A stretch of DNA of 32,000 nucleotides from Candidatus Saccharimonadota bacterium (GTDB taxonomy: Bacteria; Pseudomonadota; Gammaproteobacteria; Enterobacterales; Enterobacteriaceae_A), in contig CP116499.1 of NCBI GenBank assembly GCA_030849405.1, forward strand, positions 180,001 to 212,000, written 5' to 3'. Made by a program: the position numbers and the translations under genes. The notes beneath the pieces are model-generated. The model was not told where the DNA came from. It made no database searches and saw only the letters and a program-made list of their open reading frames with translations. Positions 1 to 8,565 of the stretch are shown here, in pieces (positions within the stretch are counted from its first letter, which is position 1; every line of letters begins with the position of its first letter).

Positions 1-354
1 ACCTCCTACTGAACAATATACCATTATTACTCCATCTAAAATACGCATAGAACGTTCTACTTCAATAGTAAAATCAACATGACCTGGAGTATCAATTATA
101 TTAATTTTATGTGGTTTAAATTGTTTATTCATTCCTGACCAAAATGTAGTAGTAGAAGCAGCTGTTATTGTAATACCTCTTTCTTGTTCTTGAACCATCC
201 AATCCATAGTAGCTGCTCCATCATGTACTTCACCTATTTTATGATTAACACCAGTATAAAATAAAATTCTTTCAGTAGTTGTAGTTTTACCAGCATCTAT
301 ATGTGCACTAATACCAATATTTCTATAATATTCAATTGGTGTTTTTCTAATCAT
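1..354 (-). CDS. fusA: Elongation factor G, N-terminal 118 codons (gene continues past the left edge)
   Basis: Reverse-strand translation from the ATG at 354..352 gives [53 protein letters not shown]...[19 protein letters not shown]. This is the EF-G G1-G3 GTPase motif region and sits directly downstream of rpsL-rpsG, as in the str operon. It is not in the ORF track because it runs off the edge. Confidence 0.95.
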   Translation of the reverse strand, partial: MIRKTPIEYYRNIGISAHIDAGKTTTTERILFYTGVNHKIGEVHDGAATMDWMVQEQERGITITAASTTTFWSGMNKQFKPHKINIIDTPGHVDFTIEVERSMRILDGVIMVYCSVGG

Positions 355-389
355 TTTATTTCCTTTAATTTAATAAATTTTATAAAATA

Positions 390-860
390 TTACCATTTAA
401 AATGAGCAAAAGCCTTATTTGAATCAGCCATTTTATGAACATTTTCTCTTTTTTTAAATGCTAAACCTTTATTATTTGATGCATTAAATAATTCATTTGA
501 TAATTTTAATGACATTGTTTTTTCTTTACGTTTATAAGCAGCTTCAATAATCCATCTCATAGCTAATGTATTTCTTCGTTTTAAATTTACTTCAATAGGT
601 ATTTGATAAGTAGATCCTCCTATACGTCTAGATTTAACTTCAACAACAGGACCTATATTATGAATAGCTTTTTTAAATACATTTAAAGAAAATTCATTAG
701 TCAAATTTATTAAATTATTTAAAGCATTATATACAATAAATTGTGCTATTGTTTTTTTACCATTTTTCATAATTATATTAATAAATTTAGTTAATAATTT
801 AGATTTAAACAAAGGATCTGGAAAAATTTTACGTTTAATAATATTTTTTCTACGTGACAT
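390..860 (-). CDS. rpsG: 30S ribosomal protein S7
   Basis: 156 aa ORF with an S7 signature ([12 protein letters not shown]...[19 protein letters not shown]) in the str operon position between rpsL and fusA. Confidence 0.96.
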   Translation of the reverse strand: MSRRKNIIKRKIFPDPLFKSKLLTKFINIIMKNGKKTIAQFIVYNALNNLINLTNEFSLNVFKKAIHNIGPVVEVKSRRIGGSTYQIPIEVNLKRRNTLAMRWIIEAAYKRKEKTMSLKLSNELFNASNNKGLAFKKRENVHKMADSNKAFAHFKW

Positions 861-895
861 AAAACTCCAATAATTTTATAATTAAAAAATTTAAT

Positions 896-1264
896 TTATT
901 TTTTTTTAACACCATATTTAGAACGTGATTTTTTTCTATTTTTAACACCCGCACAATCCAATGAACCTCTAATAGTATGATATCTAACACCAGGTAAATC
1001 TTTAACTCGTCCACCTCTAATTAATACAACTGAATGTTCTTGTAAATTATGTCCTTCTCCACCTATATATGATGTTACTTCAAAACCATTGGTTAAACGA
1101 ACTCTACAAACTTTACGTAATGCTGAATTAGGTTTTTTAGGAGTAGTAGTATAAACTTTAATACAAACTCCTCTTTTTTGAGGACAATTTTTTAATGCAG
1201 GGACATTACTTTTATTAATTTTAAAAAATCTTTTTTTTTTAATTAATTGATTAATAGTAACCAT
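896..1264 (-). CDS. rpsL: 30S ribosomal protein S12
   Basis: 122 aa [15 protein letters not shown]...[55 protein letters not shown], near identical to enterobacterial S12. Confidence 0.97.
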   Translation of the reverse strand: MVTINQLIKKKRFFKINKSNVPALKNCPQKRGVCIKVYTTTPKKPNSALRKVCRVRLTNGFEVTSYIGGEGHNLQEHSVVLIRGGRVKDLPGVRYHTIRGSLDCAGVKNRKKSRSKYGVKKK

Positions 1265-1325
1265 AATAAACCTTTAATAATATATTTAAATACAATAATT
1301 ATTAATAAAAATTATATTTTAAAAA

Positions 1326-1354
1326 AAAATAAATAATTTTAAAAAAAATGTCAA
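1326..1354 (-). promoter_or_regulatory. Putative sigma70 promoter of the rpsL-rpsG-fusA operon (TTGACA-N17-TATTTT)
   Basis: On the minus strand, TTGACA lies at 1354..1349, followed by a 17-nt spacer and TATTTT at 1331..1326, about 60 nt upstream of the rpsL ATG. The hexamer is one of very few G/C-containing words in this spacer. Confidence 0.5.
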
Positions 1355-1453
1355 GTTTTAATTTTATTTATAAATTTATTAAATAAATTTATAAAAATAT
1401 TTAATAATAATCATGAATATGATTTTAAGTATATATTTTTAAAAAGGATAAAA

Positions 1454-2755
1454 ATGTCTAAAATTAAAAAAATAATATCACGCGAAATTTTAGATTCTAG
1501 AGGTTTTCCAACAGTAGAAACTGAAGTTCATTTAAAAAGTGGTTATGTAGGTATAGCTTCTGTACCTTCTGGTGCATCTACTGGTTCTTATGAATCATTA
1601 GAATTAAGAGATAAAAATAAATTAAGATTTTTAGGTAAAGGTGTATTAAAATCAGTAAATATAGTTAATAATATTATTTCGAAATTACTAATAGGTAAAA
1701 ATTCTATAAATCAACGTAATATAGATAATTTAATGATAAAATCAGATGGAACAAATAATAAATCAAATTTTGGTGCTAACTCAATATTAAGTGTTTCTTT
1801 AGCTAATGCTAAAGCAGCTTCATATTATAAAAGAATACCTTTGTATGAACATATATCTGAACTAAATAATACAAGTAAAAAATTTACAATGCCTTTACCT
1901 ATGATTAATATAATAAACGGTGGAAAACATGCAAATAATAATATAGATATTCAAGAATTTATGATACAACCTATAAATGCAAAAACCTTTAAAAATTCAA
2001 TAGAAATTAGTGCAAAAATATTTCATAATTTAGGTAAAATTTTAAAATATAAAAAAATGATTACTTCAGTTGGAGATGAAGGAGGGTATGCACCTAATTT
2101 AAATTCAAATGATGAAGCTTTTAATTTAATTTTAAAAGCTATAAAAATTTCAGGATATAAATTAGGTAAAGATATTACTTTAGCTATTGATTGTGCAGCA
2201 TCAGAACTATATAATAATGGTAATTATATTATTAAAAAAAATAATAATATAAAAAAATTTAAATCTAAAAGTTTTAGTAAATTTTTAAAAAAATTAACTG
2301 AAAAATATTCAATATTATCAATTGAAGATGGTTTAAATGAAAATGATTGGGAAGGTTTTAAATATCTAACAAAAATTTTAGGAAATAAAATACAAATTGT
2401 AGGAGATGATTTATTTGTTACAAATCCAAAATTATTAAAAAAAGGTATTATTAATAATGTAGCTAATTCTATTTTAATTAAATATAATCAAATTGGAACT
2501 TTAACTGAAACTTTAAAAACAATTAAAATTGCTAAAAAATTTGGTTATACAACTATTATATCACATAGATCAGGAGAAACTGAAGATACAACGATTTGTG
2601 ATTTAGCTGTTGGTACTTCAGCAGGTCAAATTAAAACTGGTTCTATTAATAGAACTGATAGAATTGCTAAATATAATAGATTAATTAGAATAGAAGAAGT
2701 ATTAAAAAAAAAAGCATTATTTAATGGTATAAAAGAAATTAAAAATCAAAATTAA
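1454..2755 (+). CDS. eno: Enolase
   Basis: 433 aa ORF with [19 protein letters not shown]..., [18 protein letters not shown] and [23 protein letters not shown], all enolase signatures. AAGGA lies upstream of the ATG. Confidence 0.97.
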   Translation: MSKIKKIISREILDSRGFPTVETEVHLKSGYVGIASVPSGASTGSYESLELRDKNKLRFLGKGVLKSVNIVNNIISKLLIGKNSINQRNIDNLMIKSDGTNNKSNFGANSILSVSLANAKAASYYKRIPLYEHISELNNTSKKFTMPLPMINIINGGKHANNNIDIQEFMIQPINAKTFKNSIEISAKIFHNLGKILKYKKMITSVGDEGGYAPNLNSNDEAFNLILKAIKISGYKLGKDITLAIDCAASELYNNGNYIIKKNNNIKKFKSKSFSKFLKKLTEKYSILSIEDGLNENDWEGFKYLTKILGNKIQIVGDDLFVTNPKLLKKGIINNVANSILIKYNQIGTLTETLKTIKIAKKFGYTTIISHRSGETEDTTICDLAVGTSAGQIKTGSINRTDRIAKYNRLIRIEEVLKKKALFNGIKEIKNQN

Positions 2756-2781
2756 TAAATTTAATATAAATAAATATAAAA

Positions 2782-3222
2782 TTATTGTTTAAAAAAATTT
2801 TTAAGAATATTAGAACATTTATTAATTAAAATACCTGATTTAATTTTAATTATATTTTTGATGTATATATTATTATAAATATTTTTTAAAAAATTAATAG
2901 AACCAATTTTATTACAAGAAGCTCCATAAACTAATTTTTTAATTTTACTATTATATATAGCTCCAATACACATCAAACATGGTTCTAATGTAACATACAT
3001 TGTTATATTTAAGTTTTTATTTAAAAATTCTTTACTTTTTCTTAATACAATAATTTCAGCATGAGCTATTGAATCATTTTTAGTAATAATTTTATTATAA
3101 GATTTACTAATAATTTTATTTTTAAATACAAGTATAGAAGCAACTGGTACTTCTTTATTTTTAAAAGCATTTAATGATAATTTATAAACTTTATTCATCC
3201 AATATAAATCATTATATTTCAA
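2782..3222 (-). CDS. tadA: tRNA-specific adenosine deaminase
   Basis: 146 aa ORF with cytidine/deoxycytidylate deaminase zinc motifs HAEI...(24 residues)...PCLMC and a TadA-like size. Confidence 0.85.
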   Translation of the reverse strand: MKYNDLYWMNKVYKLSLNAFKNKEVPVASILVFKNKIISKSYNKIITKNDSIAHAEIIVLRKSKEFLNKNLNITMYVTLEPCLMCIGAIYNSKIKKLVYGASCNKIGSINFLKNIYNNIYIKNIIKIKSGILINKCSNILKNFFKQ

Positions 3223-3274
3223 TTTTTTTTAAAAAAATATTTTATAATTAAATTTAAAATTAATAATTTATATT

Positions 3275-3826
3275 TTATTTATTTAATCTTAAATATAATC
3301 TAATTAAAATATTTCCAATTATTTTAAATTTTTTAATATACCAATTTTTAGGTATTTTAATTATATAATTTTTTTCAGATTCTATGTAAATTATCGTTTT
3401 TGTTGATAAATATTTATTTTTTTCTAATAAATAAATTGTTTTATTTAGTAAATTTTTATAAAAAGGAGGATCTAAAAAAACAATATTAAAACGAATTAAA
3501 CTTTTTTTTTTTAACCATTTAATTACATTTGAATTAATAATATATTTATTATATTTAAATAAAGTTAAATTTTTTTTTAATCTTTTAAATAATTTAAAAT
3601 TTTTTTCTATAAAAATTACTAATTTTGAATATCTAGATAAAGCTTCTATACCTAAAGAACCACTACCAGCAAAGCAATCTAAACATTTTGAATTTTTTAA
3701 AATAGGATTAATCCAATTAAATAATTTTTTTTTAATAATATGAATTGTTGGTCTTAAATTATAATCATTGTAAACATATAATTTGTAATTTTTCCATTTA
3801 CCTCCTATAATAATAATTTTTTTCAT
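3275..3826 (-). CDS. rsmD: 16S rRNA (guanine966-N2)-methyltransferase
   Basis: 183 aa ORF with IIGGKWKNYKL, LRPT, DCFAGSGSLGIEALSR (SAM-binding) and DPPF, colinear with E. coli RsmD. Confidence 0.85.
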   Translation of the reverse strand: MKKIIIIGGKWKNYKLYVYNDYNLRPTIHIIKKKLFNWINPILKNSKCLDCFAGSGSLGIEALSRYSKLVIFIEKNFKLFKRLKKNLTLFKYNKYIINSNVIKWLKKKSLIRFNIVFLDPPFYKNLLNKTIYLLEKNKYLSTKTIIYIESEKNYIIKIPKNWYIKKFKIIGNILIRLYLRLNK

Positions 3827-3838
3827 AATTTATAATTA

Positions 3839-6256
3839 TTAACATTCAATATTTTCAAAAAGTTTTTTAGAAAAAATAACTTTTTCATTTTGTTTTTTAT
3901 TAATTAAAACATTATTTTTATTTATATTATAAATATTTAATATAAATATTTTATTTTTATTAGTAATAATAAAAATATTATCTTTATTATTATAATTTAT
4001 AATAAAAATTATTTTTTTTTTAATATTAAAATTATTAATTTTTTTTTTTTTAATTTTATAATAATTATAATTTGTTATAATTAAAAAATTTTCTATTTTT
4101 TTATTTTTAATTATAATAGAAATTATTTTATCTGTTTTTTCTAAAAATATTTTTTTTAAATTTAATGTATTTTTTATTTTTTTAATAAATATATTTAATA
4201 CTTTACCATATGATGAAAATAAAATAATTTCATTGTTTAAATTAACAGTATTAAAATTAATTACTTCATCTTTTTTATGTAAATTAATTAATTTTAAACC
4301 TTTAAAATTAATATTTAAAAGTTCTTTAAATTTTATTTTTTTTAAAAAACCATTTTTTGTTGTAATAATTATGTAATCATATTTTTTAATACTATTTGTA
4401 GATATAATAATATTTATATATTCTTTTTTTTTAATTTTTAGAATTTCATTAATATTATAATTATTTTTTTTAAAATTATAATTTATTAAATATTTAACTT
4501 CTATTAAATAACAAAATCCTAAATTAGAAAAAAATAAAAGATTTTCATAGATATTTGTAAATATAAAACAACGTATTAAATCTTTATATTTTTTTTTTTT
4601 AATTTTATTTGAAGTTATTTTAATGCAATTAATATAACCTTTATAAGAAATATAAATTAATATATTTTTATTTAAAATAACTTTATTATTTTTAAGATCA
4701 AAATTACTATACTTAATTTTTGTACGTCTATGATCTCCAAATTTTTTTTTAATATATATTAATTCTTCAGTAATAATATTTATTAAATATTTTTTTTTTT
4801 TTAAAATCATTAATAAATTAATACTTTTATAAATTAATTTCTTATATTCATTAATTAAGTTATTATATTCTATTTTAGTTAATTTATGTAAACGTAAATT
4901 TAAAATAGAATTTATTTGTTTTTTAGAAAAAAAATATTTTTTTTTTATAATATTTTTATTATTATTATTTATTAAAAGCTTTTTTGAATATTTTATTAAA
5001 ATAAAAATTTTATTAAAATTCCAAAAATTATGTTTTAATAATATTTCTGCTTGTTTTAATGTTTTTGTTTTTTTTAATATTTTAATTATTATTTTAATAT
5101 TTATTAAAGCAATAATTAAACCTTCTAAAATATGTATTCTTTCTTTAATTTTATCTAATAAAAATTTTGTTCTTTTAATTACTATTTCTTTACGATGATT
5201 TAAAAAATACTCTAAAATGTTTTTAATATTTAATAATTTAGGTTGTCCTTTACATAATGCTACCATATTTATATTAAATGAAATCTCTAATTTTGTTAAT
5301 AAATACAATTTTTTTAAAATTAATTTAGGTATTATATTTTTTTTAAGTTCAATAACTATTCTCATACTATTTTTATTTGATTCATCTTTTAATTTATTAA
5401 TACCTTTTATTAAATTTTTATTTATTAATATTGATATTTTTTTAATTAAACATGATTTATTTACTTGATATGGAATTTCTTTTATTATAATATTTTTTCT
5501 TTTATTTATTAAATTTTTTTCTATTTTAATTTTTGCTCTTACTAAAATTTTTCCTATACCAGTTTTATAAGATTTTTTAATTTCTTCAACTCCATATATT
5601 ATAGCTGAAGTAGGAAAATCAGGTCCTGGTATATATTTCATTAATTTTTCAATAGTTATATTTTTATTATTAATATAAATTAAACAAGCTTTTATAACTT
5701 CAGATAAATTATGAGGAGGGATATTAGTAACCATTCCAACAGCAATTCCAGAAGAACCATTTATTAATAAATTTGGTATTTTTGAAGGTAAAATGATAGG
5801 AATATAACTAGTATTATCATAATTTGGTATAAATTTTACTGTATTTTTATCTAAATCAGATAATAATTCATATGAAATTTTTGACATCCTGATTTCAGTA
5901 TACCTCATAGCAGCAGCGTTATCTCCATCAATAGAACCAAAATTACCTTGACCATCAATTAAAGTATATCTTAAAATAAAATTTTGAGACATTCTAACAA
6001 TTGAATCATATACAGCTTTATCACCATGAGGATGATATTTACCAATTACATCACCTACAATTCTAGCAGATTTTTTATATAATTTATTCCAATTATTATT
6101 CATTTTATACATTGCATATAAAATTCTACGATGTACTGGTTTTAAACCATCTCTAACATCTGGTAATGCTCTACAAATAATAACTGACATAGCGTAATCA
6201 AGGTATGATTTTTTAAGTTCTTTTTCAATAGATATTTTTTTTTTATGAATATTAAT
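3839..6256 (-). CDS. gyrA: DNA gyrase subunit A; the 5' end is placed upstream of the first ATG (see findings)
   Basis: The ORF-track protein starts [27 protein letters not shown], and the active-site region [11 protein letters not shown] is present. The in-frame sequence upstream of ATG 6190 encodes [15 protein letters not shown], matching the conserved GyrA N-terminus (E. coli [18 protein letters not shown]). An in-frame stop lies at 6271..6269, so only ATT/ATA codons are available as starts. ATT at 6256..6254 lies 7 nt after an AGGA. The 5' coordinate is uncertain (6190 to 6262). Confidence 0.9.
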   Translation of the reverse strand: MNIHKKKISIEKELKKSYLDYAMSVIICRALPDVRDGLKPVHRRILYAMYKMNNNWNKLYKKSARIVGDVIGKYHPHGDKAVYDSIVRMSQNFILRYTLIDGQGNFGSIDGDNAAAMRYTEIRMSKISYELLSDLDKNTVKFIPNYDNTSYIPIILPSKIPNLLINGSSGIAVGMVTNIPPHNLSEVIKACLIYINNKNITIEKLMKYIPGPDFPTSAIIYGVEEIKKSYKTGIGKILVRAKIKIEKNLINKRKNIIIKEIPYQVNKSCLIKKISILINKNLIKGINKLKDESNKNSMRIVIELKKNIIPKLILKKLYLLTKLEISFNINMVALCKGQPKLLNIKNILEYFLNHRKEIVIKRTKFLLDKIKERIHILEGLIIALINIKIIIKILKKTKTLKQAEILLKHNFWNFNKIFILIKYSKKLLINNNNKNIIKKKYFFSKKQINSILNLRLHKLTKIEYNNLINEYKKLIYKSINLLMILKKKKYLINIITEELIYIKKKFGDHRRTKIKYSNFDLKNNKVILNKNILIYISYKGYINCIKITSNKIKKKKYKDLIRCFIFTNIYENLLFFSNLGFCYLIEVKYLINYNFKKNNYNINEILKIKKKEYINIIISTNSIKKYDYIIITTKNGFLKKIKFKELLNINFKGLKLINLHKKDEVINFNTVNLNNEIILFSSYGKVLNIFIKKIKNTLNLKKIFLEKTDKIISIIIKNKKIENFLIITNYNYYKIKKKKINNFNIKKKIIFIINYNNKDNIFIITNKNKIFILNIYNINKNNVLINKKQNEKVIFSKKLFENIEC

Positions 6257-6359
6257 TATAATTTCCTTTTAAAAGTTTTTTTTTTTTTAAAAAAATTTTT
6301 TTTATAATATTAAAATTAAATTAAATTTATAAAATATAATTTATTTATTTAATTATTAA

Positions 6360-6432
6360 GCCGGTTTAGCTCAGTAGGTAGAGCAACTGATTTGTAATCA
6401 GTGGGTCACCAGTTCAATTCCGGTAACCGGCA
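6360..6432 (+). tRNA. thrU: tRNA-Thr (anticodon TGT)
   Basis: Cloverleaf: acceptor GCCGGTT/AACCGGC, D arm GCTC...GAGC, anticodon stem ACTGA/TCAGT with loop TTTGTAA, T arm ACCAG TTCAATT CCGGT (one A-C mismatch). No encoded CCA. Confidence 0.92.
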
Positions 6433-6445
6433 TAAATATAAATTA

Positions 6446-6527
6446 GGTGGAATTCCCGAGTGGTTAAAGGGAGCAGACTGTAAATCTGCCGTCTTAGACT
6501 TCGTAGGTTCGAATCCTACTTCCACCA
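6446..6527 (+). tRNA. tyrU: tRNA-Tyr (anticodon GTA), long variable arm
   Basis: Acceptor GGTGGAA/TTCCACC, anticodon stem GCAGA/TCTGC with loop CTGTAAA, long extra arm, T arm TAGGTTCGAATCCTA. No encoded CCA. Confidence 0.92.
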
Positions 6528-6561
6528 TTTATTTAAATATTAATTTAAATTAATATTTAAC

Positions 6562-6632
6562 GCGGGTATAGTATAAAGGTATTACATTAACCTTCCAAGT
6601 TAATTATATGGGTTCAATTCCCATTATCCGCT
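6562..6632 (+). tRNA. glyT: tRNA-Gly (anticodon TCC)
   Basis: Acceptor GCGGGTA/TATCCGC (one G-U pair), anticodon stem TTAAC/GTTAA with loop CTTCCAA, T arm ATGGG TTCAATT CCCAT. No encoded CCA. Confidence 0.9.
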
Positions 6633-6738
6633 TATTTTATATTTTAAATAAAAAAAATTTGTTTAAAATATTTTATAAAAATTAAAGCATTTTAAATTTA
6701 ATTATTAAAAAACAATTTATATTATTTAATAAAAAATT

Positions 6739-7107
6739 ATGAAAAATATTAATATTATTAATAAAATTAATTTAATATTAAATAAAAAAAAAAATACAAT
6801 ATTACTAATAATACTATTTTTAAATATATTATTTTTAAATAAATTTAATAGTATTAAAAATACATTATTAAATTTAATAATTATATATATAAATTTTATA
6901 ATAATTATTAAAAAAATAAATAAAAAAAAAATAAGTATACTTTTAAATGAAATATATTTTGAAATTAATAAAATTTTTTGGGTATCATATATAGAAACAT
7001 TTAAAAATACTTTTATTATAACTATAATAATAATTTTATTTTCTTTAATTTTATATTTTTTTGATAATATTATATTTTATTTAATAAATTCTATAATTAA
7101 TATGTAA
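6739..7107 (+). CDS. secE: Preprotein translocase subunit SecE
   Basis: The C-terminal part [50 protein letters not shown] is colinear with E. coli SecE [49 protein letters not shown]. The position between the tRNA cluster and rplK also fits. Confidence 0.85.
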   Translation: MKNINIINKINLILNKKKNTILLIILFLNILFLNKFNSIKNTLLNLIIIYINFIIIIKKINKKKISILLNEIYFEINKIFWVSYIETFKNTFIITIIIILFSLILYFFDNIIFYLINSIINM

Positions 7108-7129
7108 AATTAAATTATGGAGTAATTTT

Positions 7130-7558
7130 ATGATTAAAAAAATAAATTCTTTTTTAAAATTACAAGTTTTAGCTGGTATGGCAAATCCTACACCTCCTGT
7201 TGGTCCAGCATTAGGTCAAAAAGGAATAAATATTATGGATTTTTGTAAAAAATTTAATAATATGACTAATAAATTTGAAAAAGGAACACCAATTCCAGTT
7301 ATTATTACAGTTTATTCAGATAAATCTTATAAATTTATTATTAAAACACCTCCTACGGCTTTTTTATTAAAAAAATCCGCAGGTATTAAATTAGGATCTA
7401 AAAAACCTAATAAAGATATAATTGGTAATATTACTTATTCAAAAATTAAAAAAATAGCAAAAATTAAATCAATAGATATGACAGGATCTAATATAAAAGC
7501 TATAAGCAAATCAATTATAGGAACAGCTATATCTATAGGTTTAACTGTTAAAGGATAA
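7130..7558 (+). CDS. rplK: 50S ribosomal protein L11
   Basis: 142 aa ORF with [35 protein letters not shown], the L11 signature. Confidence 0.96.
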   Translation: MIKKINSFLKLQVLAGMANPTPPVGPALGQKGINIMDFCKKFNNMTNKFEKGTPIPVIITVYSDKSYKFIIKTPPTAFLLKKSAGIKLGSKKPNKDIIGNITYSKIKKIAKIKSIDMTGSNIKAISKSIIGTAISIGLTVKG

Positions 7559-7562
7559 TATA

Positions 7563-8243
7563 ATGGAAAAAAAAAAAAGAATTAATTTTATAAAAAAAAA
7601 AATAAATTTAAATAAAGAATATAATATTCAAGATGCAATTAATATTTTAAAAAAAAATAGTATTACAAAATTTAAAGAAAGTTTAGATGTATCAATTAAT
7701 CTTGGTATAGATAATAAAAAAAAAAAACAAAATATATCTGGTAGTGTATTTTTACCTTATGGTAAAGGAAAAATAACAAAAATTGCAGTTTTTGCAAATG
7801 GTTTGCAAGCTAAATATGCTAAAAAAGCAAAGGCTGATTATATTGGAATGGAAGATCTTGCTGAAAAAATTATTAAAAAAAAAATAATATTTGATATAAT
7901 AATATCATCAAAAGAAACATTACCATTAGTAAATAAATTAAATAAAATAATAGGACCGAAGGGATTAATGCCAAATTTAAAATTTGGAACTTTAACTAAT
8001 AATATATATAATGCAGTTAAAAAATTTAAATTTGGACAAATTATTTATAAAAATGACAAAAACGGAATTATACATTCTACTATAGGAAAAATAACTTTAA
8101 ATACATTTTATTTAAAAGAAAATTTAAAAACATTATTACTAAAATTAAAAAAAGAAAAACCTAAAGAAATAAAAGGAATTTATATTAAAAAAATAACTTT
8201 ATCTACTACAATGGGTATAGGTTTAGTTATTAAAAAAAAATAA
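7563..8243 (+). CDS. rplA: 50S ribosomal protein L1
   Basis: 226 aa ORF with FKESLDVSINLGID, LGPKGLMPNLKFGT-like IIGPKGLMPNLKFGTLT and NGIIHSTIGK. It immediately follows rplK. Confidence 0.95.
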   Translation: MEKKKRINFIKKKINLNKEYNIQDAINILKKNSITKFKESLDVSINLGIDNKKKKQNISGSVFLPYGKGKITKIAVFANGLQAKYAKKAKADYIGMEDLAEKIIKKKIIFDIIISSKETLPLVNKLNKIIGPKGLMPNLKFGTLTNNIYNAVKKFKFGQIIYKNDKNGIIHSTIGKITLNTFYLKENLKTLLLKLKKEKPKEIKGIYIKKITLSTTMGIGLVIKKK

Positions 8244-8278
8244 ATTATTAAATAAAATTAAAATATTTATTTAAAAAT

Positions 8279-8509
8279 ATGAAAAAAATTTTTTGTTTAT
8301 ATTTTAAACAATTTAAAAATGGTTTTAATGAACAAATATATCCAGGAAATTTAGGTAAAAAAATATTTAAAAAAATATCAAAAAAAGCATGGTTAAAATG
8401 GCTTAAAATTCAAACAATTTTAATTAATGAAAATAATTTAAATATGTCAAATATTAAAGATTTTAAAAAAATAGAAAATAAAATGATTAAATTTTTATTT
8501 AAAAAATAA
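8279..8509 (+). CDS. yggX: Fe(2+)-trafficking / oxidative-damage protection protein YggX
   Basis: 76 aa [57 protein letters not shown]...KFLF, colinear with E. coli YggX ([54 protein letters not shown]...NFLF). Confidence 0.88.
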   Translation: MKKIFCLYFKQFKNGFNEQIYPGNLGKKIFKKISKKAWLKWLKIQTILINENNLNMSNIKDFKKIENKMIKFLFKK

Positions 8510-8526
8510 AATATTATTTAAAATTT

Positions 8527-8548
8527 CCTCCTTATTAAAATAAGGAGG
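8527..8548. terminator. GC-containing stem-loop between convergent yggX and rpoD (possible bidirectional terminator or RNA-stabilising hairpin)
   Basis: CCTCCTTAT (8527..8535), loop TAAA, ATAAGGAGG (8540..8548): a 9-bp perfect stem. It is the only stable G/C-bearing hairpin I can see in any spacer of the window. Flanking U-tracts are not immediately adjacent, so it is not a textbook intrinsic terminator. Confidence 0.5.
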
Positions 8549-8565
8549 TATTAAAAAATAATTTT

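Noticed and set aside
1409-1424. Inverted repeat AATCAT-GAAT-ATGATT upstream of eno; considered as a possible operator.
   Set aside because: It has only 6-bp A/T-rich arms, occurs once, and matches no regulator site I recognise. Chance occurrence is likely in this base composition.
5217-5468. 83-aa plus-strand ORF antisense to gyrA. Similar antisense ORFs occur at 9008..9193 (in rpoD), 25919..26170 (in metG), 29661..29849 (alternative frame in manY) and 19912..20136 (antisense to the cyoA start).
   Set aside because: All lie entirely within well-supported conserved genes and encode low-complexity Phe/Ile/Leu/Asn-rich or Tyr/Trp/Ser-rich sequences with no recognisable motifs. None has a convincing ribosome-binding site. 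ORFs of this length are expected by chance opposite biased coding sequence.
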